A DNA stretch of 64,000 bases from Mytilus edulis (Eukaryota): NCBI RefSeq assembly GCF_963676685.1, contig NC_092348.1, positions 11,098,001 to 11,162,000 of the forward strand. The letters are read 5' to 3'. The notes under the pieces are model-generated. The model was not told the DNA's origin. It did not search any database and saw nothing but the letters and a program-made list of their open reading frames with translations. Positions 50,820 through 64,000 of this stretch are shown here, in pieces; position 1 is the stretch's first letter, and each line of letters begins with the position of its first letter. Position numbers and translations under genes: made by a program.

Positions 50820-52931
50820 ATAGAACTGATGTAAATTACGTATACTATCAATATCATTTACTACCAGGTAAGTTTGTATTTTATCAGCGGACAAAACGTA
50901 CTTTTATATAGAAACTTATACGAAAAACGAATATTCAGGTTATCAGGCTATCAAGTATGTTCTGGTTCTTGGAAATTTTAGTTTTTTGAAAAACAAAACA
51001 TGGATCAAACTATACTAGGATGATTTATGATTATAGATTATCACAACCTTGAACTGGTTTAAAAAGCGCAATCTCATTCTGTATCGTTCATTTGCGGTGG
51101 CGGGCTGGAGCTTATTGTCTAACGACTCAAAGACCCACCACTTCCCCTTCTATTTAAATATATACAATAACAGTTAAATCGAACCAAAATAAACGCTGAA
51201 ATGTTCACAGTAACTGCAGTATAACTATAATGAATTCTAATATCGGCCGCTGCACTCAATCATATACAGACTATGGTATATTATGCCTTTTTTGTGGCTA
51301 GGTTTCTGACTTAGTTTCTGATACTCTACTTTGTTCCTAACTGAGGCTGTCACCAAATAACTTAAGAAAAGAATTTTATACTAAAAACGTAATTTTACAC
51401 CGCGAAATGGGTGCTTAATACAGCTTCACACCAGAACCTTTACTTTGAAAATTACTACAATCCTTCTGTACCTATATCTGTCGATTACATGTATTATCTG
51501 ACCGATGCAAATATATATATATAAATAAATAAATTCTTTTTTTTTGGGGGGGGGGGGGCAATCTTTTTCGCCAAAAAATATAATGTGTTTGAATGACATT
51601 ATAAATACTTATGATATCCTTTAATGTGGATTGACCTTTTCTACTTTTTAATATGCTTCACATGCTTGCTTATTTATAAAGTTTACATCCGTATATCAAA
51701 GCGTATAACACCTATATTACTGTTAAGTGAACTTATACTTTAATAAATAGAATTGTTGTAACTCCTTCCATATACTTACTCGTTTATTCTATAAATTTCA
51801 CTATGCAGTGAGATAAAATAAATAGTGAAATTATCGAGGCATTTCTCCGATTGTGAAAAAAATACGAATGATTCTTTTTTTAATTTCTTGACACTTAAGA
51901 ATAGCAAATATTGGTGAAAACAAAATCGAACACCCATGTTTTAGTACACAACGATTATTTAATAAACAAATAAGAAACAATCGTCTAGTACACACCAAAG
52001 ATTATGGTAGTAATCACCATTGTTGATTTATCTTTACCATTAGGCATTTCAAATGTGATGGTGGTGTAGTATATAGGGAAAAGCCCAAAAGGCATCTTTC
52101 CTGCTTTTTACGAAAGGCAAGAGAGGAAGGATAACAGATTTGTTGACGAAAAGAGGTGTTTAATGTATAACATAGGCCAAGAAAAAAGATTCACAGTTGT
52201 GACAAACAAAATCATCTACTTTGTTACCTGATGTTTTTGTTCTTTTCTGCTCAATTCTTGTACTGCAATTAAATATTAAAAAAGAATTACAAATCAATCA
52301 TGTTGAATGAATCATGTTGAAGTATATTTGCCTTTATTTTGTTTATAAAAAAGATTGGCAAGATATCAGATATATTTTAAGAAAACGGTGTTTACCAATC
52401 TTTAAATTGTACATGATGTAACATTTATTACTTATATCACCTGAGCATATATATTTTTACCTAAAGGTAAGTGAATTCATTAATCTATTTATGTATATAT
52501 TGATGATTGACTTTTATTTAAATTTTCTGCTTTATTCGTGCTTTGATTGGTCTCACTCCGAAAAAGAAAAGATAATATTGCGTACTATTTACTGCATATA
52601 AATAACTCTTTTGTAATGTATACGTTAACTATCATGACTTGGTGAAAGATGTTCATATTCCCATTACAGGAATCTCACAATATACTAGTATGGACTTATT
52701 ACCATACCAACTGCTTCTTTATTTCACGTTCTACTGTGTGAACATGGCTATATGGCTATAGGGCACGGGTATGAAACATTTTTACTTCTACCCTTTTCGT
52801 ACACAAACCAAAACGTTGTGAGGTAGCAAAAGGTTTCGTTTTTCTTTACACTTTATTGTAAATCGAAAATGACTACTCATTGCGTCTAATAGACGACATA
52901 TTAAAAATATAGTATACAATTTTACATTTTG

Positions 52932-53040
52932 TATGAGGTCGATACAAGGATATAGTGACCTGAAAGAAGAATATTGACTAAGGACGAAGTCCGAGGTCAA
53001 TATACTTATTTGGGTCGATATATCATGTGTTGACCTCATA
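52932..53040. repeat. Imperfect palindrome of about 110 bp centred on a GGAC-GAA-GTCC hairpin
   Basis: TATGAGGTC...ATATTGAC..GGACGAAGTCC..GTCAATAT...GACCTCATA. Confidence 0.7.
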
Positions 53041-56000
53041 AATAGGCTATAATTGTTATATTATTAATTTCCGACCATATTTGTATCAATTGACTGTTCG
53101 AATTTTATAGATATCTTATTGTCTCCTAGACTTTAACAACATATAAGTTGTTATTTCATTTACTATCTCGTGTATTTTAAGATTTTTTTTCTTAAAATAA
53201 TCGATCATAGATATTTTTTATAAAACTTTAAACAATATCATGAAATTCATTACATGACGGTAACAAAGTATGTCGGTTTTTATATATTCTAAAAATAACC
53301 GAGCAATATGCATATTGCTGTGCAAGGTTGTTGTAACATTTTTAGAAAACCAAAATTTTTGCTTGTACCCGCCGCATTTTTGTGCATATCCCTAACTAGG
53401 AACCTCTAGCCTTTGATAGTATTGTGTGTGTTCGTATTTTATTTTGGTTCATTTGTATGTTTTGGAGTTTAATGTTGCGTCCATCTCACTTAACTACGAT
53501 ACATTATTGTTTAATAGGGGCCAACTGAAGGCCGCCTTCAGGTCGCAGAATTTTCACGCTGCGTTGAAGATCCATGACAGTGGGCTGTTTTCCTCGGAGA
53601 TCAGTATTTTTGTGATTTTTACTTTTTTTACTCTTCGGTCGAGTTGTTGTCGCTATAACATATTCCCCGTTTTCGTTCCCTATTTTATCTATTCGCCTAT
53701 ACGTAATATCTGGCAACTACATGTTCTAGTAAATCAAACAGAGTGAAATTCATAAATCGAAACATAACGATTATACTACCATACCTTATAATACATGTAA
53801 TATAAGCATATTTTAAAACATTTGAGGCTCTCGTGGTCTATAAATGCTTAAGACAAAAAGAATTCGAAACGTGCTTCGCTAGGCGTAGAATTTTTCACGT
53901 TTAAACCATGCGTTATCAAAAGTATGCATCACATAAAAAAGATAAACTATAATAGCGAGTGTTCTAATGATTTAAAACGTTTGGAATCTTGATATGTATC
54001 GCACGTGCCGCTGATACGTGAATGTTATCGGCATGTGCAGTTAATAGTTATTGTATAACTTGAACAGATGTTGGTAGAAGATATATATAAATCAATAGTA
54101 CATTGTAAGGCAATACACAAAAAGGTAAGTATAAATCAATACGTATACAGACCTCAGCAGTATCGACAGGATTTAGACAGTGTGATGGTGATGATCAGTT
54201 TAGCCTTAGTTAATTTATAATCAGTTTAGATTCATCTTATTTATATTTCCGTTTTCTTTATTTTAAGTGTTAAAAAAAGATTATAAAACGTAACAAAAAA
54301 TGTATTTAATTCCCTGTCTTAGAATGAGGCCATAAAACAATCAATAACACATCCTTCCTTGTATTCATATCTAATACACATTTATTATTTCAGTAAATTA
54401 CAATTTCCTGAACTTTTGCCTTTTTTCGCAGAACCTATTATACCCGCAGATCCGGTGTTAATCTTTTAATTTTTTTTAAAGTAAAGTTACAACATTCGAA
54501 TTTCAATTACTAGTTTAAATAAGAGCTAATATCAATCATGTAAATATACTTTTTACTAAGTTTGAAACCTGTGTATCTTTTGTTACTGGCTATTCTACAA
54601 CAAAAATATTTTTTAAAAAGGTATATTTCTATGGCCATTATCAGGTTATCGTCACTTGGGTCTTTCCCATTGCGACTAGGGGTATAAATCGACATACAGA
54701 GGTTGGTTTGTCAGCCTGCTAAACTGAGGGGTAAACGGATACACTCCTTTTTTTAACTGATATATAACAAGAGGTTTTTTATGTAATTATTTGAATTATC
54801 GGTTTGCTGCTTCTCTGACATATATTCCATTTCATCGTAAATTCACAATGTTCTTAGAAATTAATTTTGGAACTTAACTTCAACACATAACTAAGTGTAT
54901 GAGTGTTTAGGTTATCTCATAATTAAGGTAACTAATAGTTCGTCTTACCTGCAGTTTTTCTAAGCTTTGGTGTGTCGACTGTTACAACATCTTATAATCT
55001 ATATAATGAGTAAAACATAAACAGATGTAGTCACGAATCTACTTGGTAAGTAGTGATGATTGCTGTGTACTATGAAGTTAAACAGCACACTTTTGTTTAA
55101 ATATACTGTAAATATAATGCAGCTCTATTTTGTTTAAAGTAATGTAATTTATCATATTGTTTGTTATCTCATTCACGGAATTTTTCAAGTGTACTTTCCA
55201 TCTATAAGAACTTTCGTTTTCATGAAAAGCAAAAATTTAAAGCAATAAACATTACAACAATAAAAACATTTTGTAACGTATGTATCTACAAAATCAAAAG
55301 TAAAAAATATCTGTAACTTTAGCAGTGTAATGACTTTTTCATGAAATAATTTAACAAAAACGTGTTAGAATATAATTTCATGTTTGATCTTTCGAGTAAT
55401 GGGAAATTCGAGTAATTTCAATATCTTGTAGAATGTTGGAAAACAAACCCCTCTCGTAATTATTGACATTATAATGCAATACTTTAATATACATATGATG
55501 AATACACATGAAGTTTATGAGGAAATACTTTATTCAATAAATTCAAAAAATGTATGTGTTTAGAAACATTCAAATCTGAAGTAAGTCTTACCAAGATTGA
55601 TCCCAACTGTATTTATTCTCTCTTTCTGTTCTTCTGTGATGATCTCTGATCTTTTTATCTTCCTGTATGTATTTTCTCTCCTCCTTTGATCTATGGAAAC
55701 AAATCATTAACATTTATCAGTACGAGGCTGAAGTATCAATCAATACACATAACGGTGAAACAGACTTCGATTTGTGTATTGGAAATGAGGAGATTGACAT
55801 AACAGATCTCACGCTGAATTATATTATTGCTATTGATTGGATAAATATGAAATATAAATGAATAATCATTAGTTATCAGGTTTCTTGAGTATATCAATGA
55901 ATGACCTGTTAATTAGCACCTTGCCTTCTGGTTTGGGAGTGTATTGAAATTTGATGCAGGATCAATTGAAGATATTATTACGAATTATATCGATGATTGA

Positions 56001-57969
56001 TCGTTGCTGTGGTCCAGAGTAATCCTAATAGATTTAAACAAGTGCCGAATTAGTTAAGATATCAGACGGTTTAATTCGTGTTAATGAATTTTAGCATATG
56101 GTAATTTGATCATACTTCATCATGGAAAAGGGAGAACACTATAATATCAAGTTTGTATTAGATACAGTAGAAAAAAATCAAGGAAATGTATATTAAACCA
56201 ACCATTTTATTAAACAATTATTTATTTAGTTTATAGTGCAAAGTCTTAGTATATGAATCCTCCATTTCATGATGTTTTAATAGGGTGATTTCATATCAGC
56301 GGATTAAATTAATGTAATAATTACTTTTAGTGTGGCAGTAATACTCCGAGCGTTTAACTTTTTTTTGTTTTTTTTTTACATTTAAAAAATATCACCCTGT
56401 CACATACTCATGTGGCTGCCTCGAGATGGGAACCTCGTTGTCTTATTTCATATTTCTCATAATTTCAGCTATTTGATGGATTTTTATAGTTTCAACGGTT
56501 TTTAGTGGATACCTTTGACAGTTTCGCTTAATTTATTCATGACTATTTAGACTCGGCGATTAACAAACATACTTAAAATTTCCATAAATATCAAAATAAA
56601 AACGGGTAGGGTTGACTTCTTCCAATATAGATTGCCATGTCAAATACGAATATAATTATACAACTCTCTATATTTCTCATTGAATTTCTGTACCTGTCTG
56701 TACATTTGAAAATATAACATTATACTAAATAGATTTTCCTTTTGAAATACCAGTAAATGGAAAACGATCTATAGATATATTTGATTTATATAACTTGACA
56801 AATTATTCCAAAAACGTTGGACCTCAATATGTACTTTTCTTTTGTAATTGTTGTTGGGTTGCGGTCCTGTTGAAGTACACGATACAGTTCAATTTATCCG
56901 AATACATATACTAAATGTTAACATTGTATTATCGAATTGTATAGCTTGACATAGGCATATATAGAAACTAAAATGTTGTCAGTAAGACTGTATGCAAACC
57001 TCTTTTCCTGGGTTATATATAGTTGTAGTTTGTGCATGAGCTGTTTCGTTGAAGCATACCACACATATAAATCTTGCATATATGTGACACCTCATATCAA
57101 ATTGATAAGTTGTAATATTGGGGCACATATTTATATTCATTCGGATAATCGTGACATTTATTTTCTAAAACTTTTAACTAAGTAAACAGATACAAATGAA
57201 TAAAAGATATTTACCTTTCTGTCTTCTTTTCTGTTCTTCGTTTAAATCCATTTTCTTTCTTTCTATTCGAGTTTTTCTAACATTTTTTCAAATTATTTTG
57301 TCTAAAATTGTGTCTATGAAAGGCAAAATGTAAAAGGGGACGGGACAATTTAGAAAAAACGCGAGTGTTCCTGACTTAAATTTCAATTGATAAATTAAAA
57401 GAAATGCTAAAATTCAATGAATAAAAAAGTGCCGAAACTTAAAGAAAAAAAATTACACACAATTAATAAAAAGGGAAGGGGAGGGGAAGGGACGACTTGC
57501 TCTTTGAGAACCAAAGTTTCAGATGGTATAACGGAAGTTGTCGTTGTCCGGCAGAACCTTGGCAACGTCATAGACGACAATAAGTAATAGCGTTTACTTA
57601 ATAATTGATAAAGCATTCCAAATGTATATCAAAGACGACATAATTCACCTTTTTCGTTGAGAAACCAACAATGAAAAAAGAGGATAAAACAGGAAAACGA
57701 ATGCCTACAAAGTATACTTTATATCTTTTAATAAAAATATCGTTAATCTAATATATAAACAGCAACAAATATTCTTTTGTTAAATGTTTGTAATTCAGTT
57801 TTACCTTGGATATACTATATTGACAATAGTCCCGGGTTTAACACGTGATACTCTATATGCTAAGTTTTAGTGACAAGAGACAACCATTCTTTTACCATGA
57901 TTGCTTATTTTCTCAGATTACTTATTGCACGTTTGTGTTGCTTTTGATCGTATATACTTATATATGTGA

Positions 57970-58197
57970 AAAAGGAAGAGGTACGATTGCCAATGAGACA
58001 ACTGTCCACAAGAGACCAAAATGACACAGAAATTAACAACTATAGGTCACCGTACGGCATTCAACAATGAGCAAAGCCCCATACCGCATATTCAGCTATA
58101 AAAAGCCCCGAAATGACAATGTAAAACAATTCAAACGAGAAAACTGACGGCCATATTTATGTACAAAAAATGAACGAAAAACAAATATGTTACACAT
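57970..58197 (+). repeat. Abundant interspersed repeat (AGATGTGGTATGA.TGCCAATGAGACAACT family)
   Basis: Related copies at about 4683, 4995, 11235, 19367, 58968 and 60540, and inverted at about 20990-21105. Confidence 0.75.
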
Positions 58198-59641
58198 ATA
58201 CTTGTTCTATATGCCCATGTCAATAATGAGGTTTTTCGATTTCAATCAATCTTTTGTCAGGAAAGCTGCGGGTAAATCAGTTGTGGATTTCGTTACCACA
58301 CATGCATAAGTTAAAACCTTTACTACTATTTTCTTAGATTCAATGATTTGTTATATAGTTTGAAATATTAACTGTAGAAATCTTATAACAAGAGACATAT
58401 CATAGTATTATATGTCTCTGTTATAACTAACGAGATATCACATCCTATAATTTATGTCATGTAGGCATTTCAGTATACTGTAATTTATAATTTTATGTTT
58501 GTTCATGCTTTTAAGGGGGTAGAAATTTAACTATGCCATAGTTTTTTTTAGTTTTTTAATTGTTGATTGATTGATTGTTAGTTGCTAAACGTCCAGTGGC
58601 AAATATTTCATGCATGTTCAGGACGCATTTTTTTAAATTGTCTCCCCGGCGTCGGTAAGAAAAGAGACGTTTCCAATTCCATTATGATATCAAGCCATAT
58701 CGCAACTATATTGACATTTGATTTTCGGCCACACATGGAAAATATGACGGGTTTCACTAGTGGTCTGAGTTTGGACTTTTAACCCTTCCGAAGCAACTAT
58801 GATCGCATACCGGCTGAGCTAAATATTTAAAGGCTTTTTATTCAATAGTCCATTATGTTTTTTATTACAATCTTGAGTATCATCTATCTCCTCCAGTCGG
58901 TCAGTCACACAATACAACTTAGAAATATACCGTTTATAGAAACTGAGACTAGTCTCAGATAGAAATAAGAAGATGCAGTATGAGCGCCAATGAGGCAACT
59001 CTCCATCGAAGTCACAATCAGCTTGTAAAAGTAAACCGCCAATATAGAAGTGTAATGCATATCCATAATCTTAGATTTGTTTCGAACACCTTTATGTATC
59101 ATAGAGGTTTTTGATTTGGGTTTTGATTTATTTTAAAGGAAAAGGGACCCGGCTGACTTCATGCAAGCGTTCCAAAAACAAAATAAATCCATAACTTGAA
59201 TTTGGGTTTTTCTTTCTGCTCTTTTTCCCCCGACATATCCTTTATTTATTAATAATGATTCCGCTAAACCTGAAGACCTAAAATCTTCCACTGTTAAGTT
59301 TTTAAATTGTTTACAGCCTTTACAAAGTTTTATTTTTTAAAGAAATCAGTGTAGGACTATTTCTCAGTTGGGGTTATAGTCTATATGTTATAGTGGTCTC
59401 AGGTTAGGTATTTTATAAATAAAATGAATTCTAATTGACATTTGTTTTGAGCTGCATAACCAATAAAGCTTATATCATTAAACATATTTGACAAACAAAT
59501 TTAAATGTTAGTGCATTTCTTAGATATCAAAAATGAATTTGGATAATACGTTCTAAGGGAAATAACTGTATTTTCCCGCTGTTTTTTTTTTCTCTCAACA
59601 GCATCAACCGATAGATGGCGTTAACATTCATTTGTATCAAA

Positions 59642-62600
59642 ATGGCTGCCAATGGTCAGTGTTTGTTTTCTTCTTATTTTCTTGATTTTCTTATGCTAAC
59701 GTTATTATTTTAATGCATGTCACAAAAGAAAGATATATAACAATATCCCTTTGATCAAACAAAATAGGTGACATCATGGATACATCCACAGAAATTGCTC
59801 CACACACTGGCAAAGTAGCCGAAAAGGCTACATGTGTTGTACTGTCAGTGCCAAAATGAAATGTAAATTATAATAGACTAAGATATACAAATTTCAATGA
59901 AGTTAAACTCAAACGAACGAAGTTAAGAACTAGATTTTTACTTTCATCTCTCTTACTTTTAATTGTTTTTATCAACATGAGATGTATAATTAAATACACT
60001 TGTGTATTTGTATTATAACTTTGGTGGTGTTAGGTTGAGTCATTTATATACAGAGTATCTGTCTCATTAGAATTCTGTATAGGCATCAAACTCTATAGGA
60101 ATATGTGGGTAACGGATCAGTTTAAATGCACAACACCTGGTCTTTTATATATAATGACATCTTTATTATAAATTTATAAAGGACAATGAATTTACAGTAA
60201 AATGTATTTGGTTTTATATGTTTTACACATTTGTGTAATTGAGTATTCAAGGTAAACTAATGGGAGAAAGAATAAAACACATTTATTTGCTTTATTTTGA
60301 AATGAGTACTTTTGTGTAATATGAATCGATTCCAACATGTTCAAAGTTTTCTCATTGCCATTGATACTTGTTTATGTGCAATGCTGATTAGATATTATGT
60401 TATTCATTATTATTTTATTAGTATTATGTGATTGATCATCTTGTTAAAATAAATAGTTATAGATTTGCTCATTAAATTTATATATATATTGTAAAAATTT
60501 TGTAAGGTTAATTATAAAAATAAGAACATGTACATGTACATGTAGTGTGATTGCTGATGAAACAACTTTCCACTAGAGACCTAGTGACATGTTTAGAACT
60601 TGTAGAAGTTAACTAGTAATTACTTTCAAGTATGTCATGTATGATGTACATGTAGAAAGGTTAACAAAATAAAATGTATACCGACATGACATGCATGACA
60701 GAATGTTAATAAAAATATGTCCCGAAATTTATGCTTACAAATATATGCTCCAAAGACTATGTTCAAATTTTCAATTTTAACTGTTAAGTTAATATATTCT
60801 TATTATTTATATAATTGCCCTTTTATGTAACTAAAGAAACAAAAGAAGTAATAATGTGTGCAAACAGCCCAGGAGTGAACATGGCAAAAGAGAACATTTT
60901 CAGACCTATTTTATGTGTTCCATTTTATATTTTTCAGGTAACTCTGTAGTTTGTGATTCATATGATAGAACAGTGGAGAAAACCAGATTGGTTAGAAATG
61001 TGATAACAGAATTCACAGGTATATTGGCTTCCAAGTTCCTATTGTATTTTACTTTCATTTATTTTTTTGCAGTTATGAAAACAAATGTTTTTGGGGCTCA
61101 TATACATGTAATATATACATGTACAATGTAGTTAAAATGAAAATAAAGTTTTCAAAAATTCATCAACATTTGTTTTATCCACAAATATTGTATTAGTTTG
61201 ACTTTATTGATCTAGTTAGACATGTTAGAAGTCAAAAATTGCTATTCACTAAGAATAATTGATATTCATCAACTTTTAACTACGTTTGTTGCGAAACCAC
61301 ATTATGTGGTGTTATTTCAGTAAGGAGGTTTGCTTTACATCATATTACCTTATAACAATTACCACTCTGAATCTCCCTGTTACAGGAAATCCTCCTAAAG
61401 ATTATCAGCACATCTATGGTGTAAAGACGGTAATAGAGAATTATCCACATCCAAATATTCACAGCGTACCTACAAGTCACACAATACCAGTAGGACCTGG
61501 AGATGTTTGGGAGAAAATGACTGGTAAGTTAATCCAATCAAATGTTTGTGTTAACTGATATAGACAAGGATTATCCCCCTTACCAACAAGTCACACAATA
61601 CCAATAGGACCTAGAGATGTTTGGGAGAAAATGACAGGTAAGTTAATCCAATCAAATGTTTGTGTTAACTGATATAGACAAGGATTATTTCCCTTACCAA
61701 CAAGTCACACAATACCAGTAGCACCTGGAGATGTTTGGGAGAAAATGACAGGTAAGTTAATCCAATCAAATGTTTGTGTTAACTGATATAGACAAGGATT
61801 ATCTCCCTTACCAACAAGTCACACAATACCAATAGGACCTGGAGATGTTTGGGAGAAAATGACAGGTAAGTTAATCCAATCAAATGTTTGTGTTAACTGA
61901 TATAGACAAGGATTATCTCCCTTACCAACAAGTCACACAATACCAATAGGACCTGGAGATGTTTGGGAGAAAATGACAGGTAAGTTAATCCAATCAAATG
62001 TTTGTGTTAACTGATATAGACAAGGATTACCCCCCTTACCAACAAGTCACACAATACCAATAGGACCTAGAGATGTTTTGGAGAAAATGACTGGTAAGTT
62101 AATCCAATCAAATGTTTGTGTTAACTGACATAGACAAGGATTATCTCCCTTACCAACAAGTCACACAATACCAACAGGACCTGGAGATGTTTGGGAGAAA
62201 ATGACTGGTAGGTTAATCCACAAACGTTTTGTGTAAACTAACATAGAAATGGATTGTCTCCCTTTCCCTTACAAGCATTGCTTATAAAAAGTAGGATTCA
62301 AAAGAAAATGTCTAAACATATTTTTGTCTTTAGAATTGGAAGAAAATCTCAAATAAATGTAAAACATAGTACACTCGAAATCTCCTGAAAAATTGATTAT
62401 AAATCAGTATCAGTTTGAGTATATACCATGTATATACTGACATAGAAAAGGATTTTTCTGCCCCACCTACGATAGTAGCGGGGCATTATGTTTTCTGGTC
62501 TGTGCGTCCGTTCGTCCGTCTGTCCCGCTTCAGGTTAAAGTTTTTGGTCAAGGTAGTTTTTGATGAAGCTGAAGTCCAATCAACTTGAAACTTAGTACAT

Positions 62601-63466
62601 ATGTTCCTTATGATATGATCTTTCTAATTCTAAAGACAAATTAAACTTTTGATCCCTATTTCACGGTCCACTGAACATAGAAAATGAAAGTGCGAGTTTC
62701 AGGTTAAAGTTTTTGGTCAAGGTAGTTTTTGATGAAATTGAAGTCCAATCAACTTGAAACTTAGTACAAATGTTCCCTATGATATGATCTTTTTAATTTT
62801 AATGCCTAATTATATTTTTTACCCATTTTCACGGTCCATTGAACATGGAAAATGATAGTGCTAGTGGGGCATCCATGTACTTTGGACACATTCTTGTTTT
62901 CCCTTGACCTCGCAAGTATTGCTTTTAAAGTAGATTTTTAACTTAAAATGGAAGAAAAATCTAATAAATTTGTAAATTATACTAAACTTGAACACTCCTG
63001 AATAAATTATCTTAAATCAGTATCAGAAAGAAGTAAATAATCTAAGAAACAATCTTTAAAGTTTAAATGCAACCTTGTACAATTGCACATGTCTGTGAAT
63101 AATTATCACAAAAAGAGCAGATTCTTCTCAAAGATTGATACTGATTTCATATTGTTAAGTATCATATATATTATTATTTTTATATATATATATATATATA
63201 TGAGTTTGAATTGGAAAATTTTGAATCTTTTCAAAAATTCAAATTATCTCCCCCTTGATAAGAATGTGTGACCTACATTATTGCCTATTATGTATGCAAA
63301 ACTTGTTTATCGTTATTAATAAAACTTTCAACCTAACTTGTATTGTTTATTATAGATTGGGATCAGATAACTCCAGCAGAACAAAATTCAGTTAAAAACT
63401 TCCTTCTGGAAAGATTTGCAGTTGATGATTTGGAATTAGCATATGATGAGTTCTATCCAAAATTTG
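59642..63466 (+). CDS. 5' part of an unidentified multi-exon host gene, continuing beyond the window. Exons 59642-59654, (59768-?, uncertain), 60938-61018, 61386-61523, 63356-63466
   Basis: AAAATGGC start context, followed by frame-preserving phase-1 exons of 81, 138 and 111 nt with polypyrimidine-AG acceptors and GT donors. Translation MAAN..GNSVVCDSYDRT...GNPPKDYQHIYG...DWDQITPAEQNSVKNFLLERF. Family not recognised. Confidence 0.6.
61468..62270 (+). repeat. 114-bp tandem array (7 units) made of an exon 3' end plus the intron start
   Basis: Donor G|GTAAGT at 61524, 61638, 61752, 61866, 61980 and 62094; G|GTAGGT at 62208. Confidence 0.92.
62453..62900 (+). mobile_element. Helentron-type non-autonomous element (intronic)
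   Basis: 5' TGCCCCAC with nearby inverted GGGGCA, a (GTCC)n tract, two core units of about 170 bp, then 3' GTGGGGCA and a short hairpin. T-rich flanks. Confidence 0.7.
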
Positions 63467-63943
63467 GTATGATTTAAAATAGTTGTTGAACATAGTTTAA
63501 AAGTATGCAGTGTTCTCCCCAGATATTTCTTATAGCATCTTGGTAAAATATGAAATTTGAAATACCATCTTGTTTCAAAATATTATAGCATCACATCCAT
63601 AAGGCATAACACAATCTATAAGATAACCAATTCAGATAGCATCACATTACCATGATGCTAAAAGACCCTAGGGAGAACACCTGATTATGATATTATTTTA
63701 CATAAAACTGAATATGATTTATTGATTTGTATAATTGAATATAGTCTTACTATTTGCATGTCACCAGCAAAATTGAATTTTAAAACAAATCTGACATTAA
63801 TAATTGCGAAAAAGAGAACAAAACTTATTTATTCACATCAATTGTCATGATTATTCACTCTTCAAAAAGGAAATGCTGCCTTTTATAAAATTTGCTCTTC
63901 ACAAATTCTAAATGAAATTTGCTGGTAATGACATGAAAACCCT

Positions 63944-64000
63944 ATTTTTATACGACCGCAAAAATTAAAAAAATTTTGGTCGTATATTGGTATCACGTTG
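63944..64000 (+). mobile_element. 5' end of a Helentron-type non-autonomous element
   Basis: TTTTTATACGACCGC...GGTCGTATA inverted pair; complements the 3' sub-TIR at about 21896-21908. Confidence 0.55.

Noticed and set aside
55560-56040. Coding-like patch around ORF 55667-55861
   Set aside because: No recognisable motif or consistent splice structure.
61468-62270. Regular array as a possible CRISPR
   Set aside because: Units are near-identical end to end with no unique spacers, there are no cas genes, and the context is eukaryotic.

Overview
AT-rich, intron-containing animal genomic DNA; the repeat families resemble those of bivalve molluscs (Mytilus-like; inferred from recall, not tested). 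Main contents: (1) two minus-strand alpha-kinase-family ORFs about 45 kb apart (871-1719 and 47055-48005). Both have degenerate catalytic motifs, and the second has a PSAP + PPPY tail. (2) An apparently complete 11.3-kb ISL2EU-type (PIF/Harbinger-ISL2EU group) DNA transposon at 15779-27091, with an AT target duplication and 52-bp imperfect inverted ends. It carries two convergent spliced genes: a SWIM-YqaJ exonuclease-PHD protein and a THAP-DDE transposase. (3) A nested retroelement stack at about 32-43.6 kb: a decayed CR1/L2-like LINE interrupted by a TTAA MITE, a young L1/Tx1-type LINE with a 14-bp TSD, and a SINE. (4) Minimal hammerhead-ribozyme (retrozyme/Penelope-type) repeats, one with an intact core, plus Penelope-like RT fragments, Helentron-type non-autonomous elements, MITEs and long palindromes. 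(5) The 5' part of an unidentified multi-exon host gene from 59642, in which one exon end and its splice donor are amplified into a 114-bp tandem array. All splice models were read by hand and need RNA-seq.
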